Part shown: piece by piece, positions 61,310-64,000 of the stretch | Layout of the letters: every line of letters starts with the position of its first letter | How positions within the stretch are numbered: position 1 is the stretch's first letter | Assembly: GCF_964188315.1 (NCBI RefSeq) | Contig: NC_135673.1 | Span: 46,376,001 to 46,440,000, forward strand | Direction: 5' to 3' | Origin: Podarcis muralis | Taxonomy: Eukaryota | Length of the DNA stretch: 64,000 nucleotides | Position numbers and translations under genes: made by a program | Notes under the pieces: generated by a model | Database searches by the model: none | Told to the model about the DNA's origin: nothing | The model's input: the letters and a program-made list of their open reading frames with translations, nothing else

Positions 61310-62042
61310 TTATTTATATCCCGCCCTTCCCAGCCAAAGCTGGGCTCAGAGCGGCTAACAACAGTAAAAATAGCAGAGTTTACATAAAATCACAGTCAAT
61401 TAATTGAAATACATTCTAAAATCAATTCAGTCATGGTAAGTAGCCACTGATTGCCTCATCTTCCATGGTCTGGCCGTGTGAAAGAAGGTTGTCCTTTGGC
61501 TAGCCAAGCCTGAGACATATTTGCAAGTGATGACTTCAGACAGAAAAATATGAAAGAATCCAAGGGAACTAGCCACTTTCTCTTTTTAAAAAACCTTTTC
61601 CCTATTCCCCACAGCTGAGACACCTGCTATGGGAATGGAAAGGCCTAGGGCTAAAACATCCAATTAATGCAATCTTCATTACCATCAGCTCCTGTAACAG
61701 GGGCCAAGGTGGGCAGAGCAATGGAAAAGCTTACTATGCAAGACTGACTCCGTTGATAAAATGTTTACCAGGAGCAGAAACCAGGGTTGCAATTATTAAA
61801 GGTATAGGACTCTAAAGAAGAAGAGCAAGAGAGAACCAGCACGGACATCAGGGCAGCAGGAACCAGCTTGATTAGAAAAAGATCAGTTATGCCAAAGGCG
61901 ACAGAGGAAACCATCTGCCACCGCTTACCTGCCCTCACAACTAGCTGAGGGCTGCATACCGCCTGCCCACTGTGGACATCATCTTCAACCAGCTCGGTAA
62001 TGTCAGAATAATCAACAGCATTGTCATTACTCTTAACCCAGC
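18999..62042 (-). CDS. TAF1: Divergent TAF1-like (TFIID subunit 1 family) gene, 5'-incomplete; homologues of exons 3-34 and 36-38, about 1,660 codons
   Basis: 35 exons in the same order and intron phases as vertebrate TAF1. They cover the DUF3591/TAF7-binding core, winged helix, RAPiD region, zinc knuckle, two bromodomains and the terminal [12 protein letters not shown]. Exon lengths sum to 4979 nt with no frameshift or internal stop found. Confidence 0.95.
19150..20480 (+). mobile_element. RTE/RTEX-like LINE fragment, degenerate
   Basis: [44 protein letters not shown] and a degenerate C-terminal Cys motif. Confidence 0.8.
20810..21210 (-). mobile_element. CR1-type LINE 3' fragment
   Basis: Reverse complement of the family at 11440-11795 / 33700-33915. 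Confidence 0.65.
21944..22118 (-). CDS. TAF1: TAF1-like exon 37 homologue
   Basis: [43 protein letters not shown]...; donor AG|gtaacc. Confidence 0.9.
23465..23612 (-). CDS. TAF1: TAF1-like exon 36 homologue
   Basis: [49 protein letters not shown] (cf. [24 protein letters not shown]). Confidence 0.88.
24275..24391 (-). CDS. TAF1: TAF1-like exon 34 homologue
   Basis: [39 protein letters not shown]. Confidence 0.94.
24479..24546 (-). CDS. TAF1: TAF1-like exon 33 homologue
   Basis: [23 protein letters not shown]. Confidence 0.94.
25836..25920 (-). CDS. TAF1: TAF1-like exon 32 homologue
   Basis: [28 protein letters not shown]. Confidence 0.95.
26466..26558 (-). CDS. TAF1: TAF1-like exon 31 homologue (bromodomain 2 ZA loop)
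   Basis: [31 protein letters not shown]. Confidence 0.94.
26859..27067. mobile_element. pogo/Tigger-type (Tc1/mariner superfamily) MITE
   Basis: TA|CAGTGGTACCT...AGGTACCACTG|TA; near-identical sibling at 34572-34789. Confidence 0.9.
27318..27440 (-). CDS. TAF1: TAF1-like exon 30 homologue
   Basis: [41 protein letters not shown]. Confidence 0.95.
28538..28605 (-). CDS. TAF1: TAF1-like exon 29 homologue
   Basis: [23 protein letters not shown]; GC donor GAG|gcaagt. Confidence 0.92.
29080..29705 (+). mobile_element. Adjacent CR1 fragment (about 29080-29325) and L1 3' end (about 29325-29705)
   Basis: CR1-like cactgagagcaaaaga...caaatatataagg; L1 ORF2 end [13 protein letters not shown] and an A-rich tail. 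Confidence 0.65.
29862..29912 (+). repeat. (GAAA)n microsatellite just downstream of the exon 28 donor
   Basis: Direct reading. Confidence 0.95.
29927..30104 (-). CDS. TAF1: TAF1-like exon 28 homologue (bromodomain 1)
   Basis: [59 protein letters not shown]. Confidence 0.95.
30170..30570 (-). mobile_element. CR1 LINE fragment
   Basis: Reverse strand encodes [27 protein letters not shown]; sibling at 55255-55612. Confidence 0.8.
31818..31916 (-). CDS. TAF1: TAF1-like exon 27 homologue
   Basis: [33 protein letters not shown] (cf. [33 protein letters not shown]). Confidence 0.9.
32185..32293 (-). CDS. TAF1: TAF1-like exon 26 homologue
   Basis: [36 protein letters not shown]. Confidence 0.92.
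32780..33915. mobile_element. L2 fragment (-, about 32780-33200) abutting a CR1 3' fragment (+, about 33200-33915)
   Basis: L2 [16 protein letters not shown] on the minus strand; CR1 fragment with gttaaactgtggaactcactcccacagg. Confidence 0.75.
33975..34171 (-). CDS. TAF1: TAF1-like exon 25 homologue (zinc knuckle)
   Basis: [19 protein letters not shown]...[14 protein letters not shown]...[17 protein letters not shown]. Confidence 0.96.
34572..34789. mobile_element. pogo/Tigger-type MITE nested in a CR1 fragment
   Basis: TA TSD, TIR CAGTGGTACCTCGGGTTA; interrupts the CR1 RT sequence [21 protein letters not shown]...[11 protein letters not shown] (about 34455-34830). Confidence 0.9.
35336..35480 (-). 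CDS. TAF1: TAF1-like exon 24 homologue
   Basis: [48 protein letters not shown]. Confidence 0.9.
35545..35830. repeat. Tandem palindromic MITE remnants (gggagctgtagtcc family)
   Basis: Internal arms of the 44363-44498 type (caactcccatc...gatgggagctgtagtccaac) repeated; related piece at 38040-38110. Confidence 0.6.
36073..36125 (+). repeat. (ATT)n microsatellite
   Basis: Direct reading; other (ATT/AAT)n tracts at about 30838-30882 and 61258-61308. Confidence 0.95.
36521..36740 (-). CDS. TAF1: TAF1-like exon 23 homologue
   Basis: ...[43 protein letters not shown]; phase-compatible acceptor tttcccctgcag at 36741. Confidence 0.9.
37421..37505 (+). repeat. (CTTT)n/(CT)n polypyrimidine microsatellite
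   Basis: Direct reading. Confidence 0.9.
38200..38369 (-). CDS. TAF1: TAF1-like exon 22 homologue
   Basis: [27 protein letters not shown]...; donor T|gtgagt. Confidence 0.9.
38498..38537 (+). repeat. (CA)n microsatellite
   Basis: Direct reading. Confidence 0.95.
38633..38808 (-). CDS. TAF1: TAF1-like exon 21 homologue
   Basis: [18 protein letters not shown]...[31 protein letters not shown]. Confidence 0.96.
38904..39017 (-). CDS. TAF1: TAF1-like exon 20 homologue
   Basis: [38 protein letters not shown]; tandem AAG-CAG acceptor, so the start could be 39020. Confidence 0.93.
39341..39490 (-). CDS. TAF1: TAF1-like exon 19 homologue
   Basis: [50 protein letters not shown]. Confidence 0.96.
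39555..39905 (+). mobile_element. L2 3' fragment
   Basis: Same family as 1-441; further copies at about 30690-30882, 44505-44835, 50425-50785 (+) and 61258-61430 (-). Confidence 0.8.
39977..40087 (-). CDS. TAF1: TAF1-like exon 18 homologue (extended acidic insert)
   Basis: [37 protein letters not shown]. Confidence 0.93.
40882..41091 (-). mobile_element. 5'-truncated Squam3-like (MIR/CORE-type) SINE inserted in a hAT MITE (about 40825-41185)
   Basis: (CTT)n plus poly(A) tail; 16-bp TSD ATCTCCCATCATTCCT (40866-40881 / 41092-41107). Confidence 0.8.
41953..42225. mobile_element. pogo/Tigger-type MITE, second family
   Basis: TA|CAGTGGTACCTC...GAGGTATGACTG|TA; related partial copy at about 46279-46460. 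Confidence 0.82.
42255..42465 (-). mobile_element. MIR/Squam3-like SINE, old
   Basis: caacaaccctgttaggtag...aaggtcacccagtgaacttcatggctgagtggggacttgaacc; similar copies at about 4075-4290 (+) and 23800-23915 (-). Confidence 0.7.
42616..42746 (-). CDS. TAF1: TAF1-like exon 17 homologue
   Basis: [43 protein letters not shown]. Confidence 0.95.
43328..43634. mobile_element. pogo/Tigger-type MITE, third family
   Basis: TA|CAGTGGTGCCCCGCAAGACG...CGTCTTGCGAGGCACCACTG|TA; internal GCAAGACGAA and AATAGCCGCTAAGC repeats. Confidence 0.9.
44116..44254 (-). CDS. TAF1: TAF1-like exon 16 homologue (winged helix)
   Basis: [46 protein letters not shown]. Confidence 0.93.
44363..44498. mobile_element. Palindromic hAT MITE
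   Basis: 136-bp near-perfect inverted repeat CAGTGTTTCCCAACCTTGGG...CAAGGTTGGGAAACACTG; 8-bp TSD CTCTAAGG on both sides. Confidence 0.93.
45976..46176 (-). CDS. TAF1: TAF1-like exon 15 homologue
   Basis: [24 protein letters not shown]...[28 protein letters not shown]. Confidence 0.96.
47665..47769 (-). CDS. TAF1: TAF1-like exon 14 homologue
   Basis: [35 protein letters not shown]. Confidence 0.95.
47858..48031 (-). CDS. TAF1: TAF1-like exon 13 homologue
   Basis: [58 protein letters not shown]. Confidence 0.96.
48165..48730 (+). mobile_element. L1-clade LINE 3' fragment
   Basis: [11 protein letters not shown]...[13 protein letters not shown]; homologous to 17490-18490. Confidence 0.75.
48848..49021 (-). 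CDS. TAF1: TAF1-like exon 12 homologue (DUF3591)
   Basis: [33 protein letters not shown]...HIEKKAK. Confidence 0.95.
49428..49535 (-). CDS. TAF1: TAF1-like exon 11 homologue
   Basis: [36 protein letters not shown]. Confidence 0.95.
49632..49756 (-). CDS. TAF1: TAF1-like exon 10 homologue
   Basis: [42 protein letters not shown]. Confidence 0.92.
50182..50259. repeat. Inverted compound microsatellite (TG)n-(CA)n
   Basis: About 38 nt of TG repeat, a GCGCGTGCAC centre, then about 34 nt of CA repeat. Confidence 0.95.
50924..51091 (-). CDS. TAF1: TAF1-like exon 9 homologue
   Basis: [26 protein letters not shown]...[11 protein letters not shown]. Confidence 0.93.
52427..52533. mobile_element. 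hAT MITE (107 bp)
   Basis: TIR CAGGGACGTCCA / TGGACATCCCTG; 8-bp TSD CTCTAAGC (52419-52426 / 52534-52541). Confidence 0.9.
53158..53350 (-). CDS. TAF1: TAF1-like exon 8 homologue
   Basis: ...[22 protein letters not shown]...AWLPSSMKT...QQ. Confidence 0.93.
53464..53658 (-). CDS. TAF1: TAF1-like exon 7 homologue
   Basis: ITMMAPVK...[30 protein letters not shown]; donor GAG|gtggg inferred from phase. Confidence 0.9.
53715..54820 (+). mobile_element. L1-clade LINE 3' fragment (about 1.1 kb)
   Basis: [12 protein letters not shown]...[15 protein letters not shown]...PESFLLG, followed by an AT-rich 3' UTR. Confidence 0.85.
55255..55612 (-). mobile_element. CR1 LINE 3' fragment
   Basis: [23 protein letters not shown] and a CR1 3' UTR (tagaatcttagagttggaagggacc). 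Confidence 0.85.
55740..55967 (-). CDS. TAF1: TAF1-like exon 6 homologue
   Basis: [19 protein letters not shown]...[14 protein letters not shown]. Confidence 0.93.
57458..57648 (-). CDS. TAF1: TAF1-like exon 5 homologue
   Basis: ...[32 protein letters not shown]; an alternative in-frame acceptor would start the exon at 57630. Confidence 0.88.
58089..58199 (-). CDS. TAF1: TAF1-like exon 4 homologue (strongly diverged)
   Basis: [37 protein letters not shown] (cf. ...[21 protein letters not shown]); phase 1-1. Confidence 0.75.
58564..60900 (-). mobile_element. L2-clade LINE, 5'-truncated, relatively young, interrupted by the U6 fragment
   Basis: ORF2 segments: endonuclease end (PWSDHYAL), [76 protein letters not shown]; (TTA)n tail at 58564-58590. 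Confidence 0.92.
60013..60053 (+). pseudogene. RNU6: 3'-truncated U6 snRNA retro-fragment (nt 1-41) with target-site duplication
   Basis: Exact match to the U6 5' end GTGCTCGCTTCGGCAGCACATATACTAAAATTGGAACGATA. Flanked by AAAGCCGATGTTTC (59998-60011) and AAAGCTGATGTTTC (60053-60066); no PSE/TATA context. Confidence 0.95.
61929..62042 (-). CDS. TAF1: TAF1-like exon 3 homologue
   Basis: [22 protein letters not shown]... (cf. [22 protein letters not shown]); ctccctag / gtaag. Confidence 0.9.
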
Positions 62043-63490
62043 CTAGGGAGAAACAGAAAACACAGCAAAATTACAGATCCAGCAGGCGACACCTTTTTCC
62101 TATCACAGCTTCTGCACCCACATCCATGAAGGACGTGGGAAAAAGGAGTATGGCTTTTGCAGGAGTATCCTAAGCCTCATTCCCACCAGCAACTAGACAT
62201 GATGATAAAAGCAAAAGTGTAATATGTCCTGCTAAGGAACAGATGATTGTTATTATGTCTTCATATGTAAAACCACAGAATTCAAAGAGGGCGCACTTTC
62301 TTTTTCCCATGACTGTAAGGGAAACACCAAGGCAAGGAATGGGTGGGAAGGAGGGAGGAATACAATATTTAATTCACAGAATATGAACAAACCAGGTGCA
62401 GATAACAAATCACATAGAAGCTGTTGGCATAGGGCTTGTGCTAAGCATGTGCAGCTCCCCAAGCATGTAGGTTCATGGCAGTGCAGTTTGTGCTGGAAGA
62501 AATTCAGTCAGGCTCCAAATTTTCAGTCAGTTCAGTACTTACTGACAGGTCCAAAGCATTAAGACAGTTTCACTGTATATAGGCTTCCACTAGATCCCTG
62601 GTAGAAGGTGCAGGCTTTAAATGCAAAGCAAGTACAACTCACAGCATACATACAACACAAAGCTCAGTATCAATCTGGCAGAGCTTCCTCAAAGCAAACC
62701 GAACAGACAATGTACAAACCCTCTCTTAATATACTCAAGAATGACCATAACCTTGGCTGGTTGCCAGGTCACAGTGACCTTCAAACACCAATCACAAGAT
62801 CTGCAGGTGCAAGATAAGGGAAGCCATGCACCAAATTAAAGGAACCACAACACATAGGAACCATCACATATAAACCCCTTCAATCCCAGTGCAGAATATC
62901 AGCTCCCCTGATGGAATCCAGTTTAGCACTAACTTTTGTTCCACTGGCATAAGGATTTATGCTTAGACATCTGATTTCTGCCTATTACATGTGGCTACTT
63001 ACTACCAGACAAGCGTTTACAAGATTATAGTCTGTAATCTTCAGCTCTCAGTGTTTTCCTTTTGCTTTCCTGGATCTAGCACTACATCCAGGACTGTAAA
63101 CAAAGAAGATCTGAGAGGGAGTCCTGGCAAAACTTAAGCTCTGCCTAGGCATCTAACAAAACACTAAAATTAACAGAAGAGTAGCATCTTTATCTGTCCC
63201 TTGCATCATCAATCTATGAGAAGATCAAACCCAGAGGAGAGCATGACCTTAACAAAACTGATCGACAAAGAAAAAGGTTTTAAGCTCTTCTAAAAGAAAT
63301 CTGGGAGGGAACCAAATACATCTCTGGGGAAGGGGAGAGTTGGAGCCACAAACAAAAAGAAAGTCCTATCACATGTGGCTACTTCCTCCCAGGTAAGAGT
63401 TTACAAGATTGCAACCTGAGGTATATAATTTCATCCATTTCTTCCTGAAGCATCTGTGCTAATTGTATATAACGTTGTGCTATTGTATTG

Positions 63491-63834
63491 GGGGCTGGCA
63501 GGTGGCGCTGTGGGTTAAACCACAGAGCCTAGGACTTGCCCATTAGAAGGTCGGAGGTTCAAATCCCCACGACAGGGTGAGCTCCCACTGCTCGGTCCCT
63601 GCTCCTGCCAACCTAGCAGTTTGAAAGCACATCAAAAGTGCAAGTACCGCTCCAGCGGGAAGGTAAACGGCGTTTCCATGCACTGCTCTGGTTCGCCAGA
63701 AGCAACTTAGTCATGCCGGCCACATGACCCGGAAGCTGTACGCCGGCTCCCTCAGCCAATAAAGCAAGATGAGCGCCGCAACCCCAGAGTCGGTCACGAC
63801 TGGACCTAAGGTCAGGGGTCCCTTTACCTTTACC
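63491..63834 (+). mobile_element. Sauria (Squam1) SINE
   Basis: Homologous to 10686-11046; CCTTTACCTTTACC tail. Confidence 0.9.
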
Positions 63835-64000
63835 TAGCAGAAGCTGCCACTTTGCTACTAAGTCTAGCCATTGCTTGCAGATGCTGAGCAAGCATCACTA
63901 AAGCATCAACCAGCTGGACCTCTTTTTAATACACAAACAGGAGTCATCCCAGATCCTGAGACCAAAGCCCTTCTTCTACTCTAGACTTCCCCAACCTGGT

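Noticed and set aside
18999-62042. TAF1 processed or unprocessed pseudogene
   Set aside because: Introns are present, and all 35 traced exons have valid splice sites and compatible phases with no stop or frameshift; zinc and acetyl-lysine anchor residues are kept. Expression is still unproven.
62043-64000. TAF1 exons 1-2 (TAND)
   Set aside because: No segment resembling FLFGNI...LDD or ECKKHLAGL...ITEL was found; probably outside the window, so TAND status cannot be judged.

Overview
Vertebrate genomic DNA from a squamate reptile, probably a lacertid lizard (Sauria/Squam1, Squam2-like and Squam3-like SINEs; lizard-type L2, CR1, L1 and RTE LINE fragments; hAT and pogo/Tigger-type MITEs). It holds two spliced protein-coding genes, both on the minus strand and in tandem. 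(1) A complete 9-coding-exon HTATSF1 (Tat-SF1; about 451 aa by my exon sum; 1827-14850) with a CpG-island promoter. (2) A TAF1-family gene (18999-62042; homologues of TAF1 exons 3-34 and 36-38; exons 1-2 apparently lie beyond the window). I traced its 35 exons by hand: all splice phases are compatible and about 1,660 codons stay open, so it looks intact. It is far more diverged than the normally very conserved vertebrate TAF1 and does not sit in the usual TAF1 neighbourhood. The best candidate for a novel system is therefore an intron-containing, fast-evolving TAF1 paralogue with remodelled bromodomain pockets and winged-helix surface, and without exon 35 or the neuronal microexon 34'. Also present is a 41-nt U6 snRNA retro-fragment with a target-site duplication inside a young L2. 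Reference TAF1/HTATSF1 sequences and synteny are recalled from memory, and most repeat boundaries are approximate.
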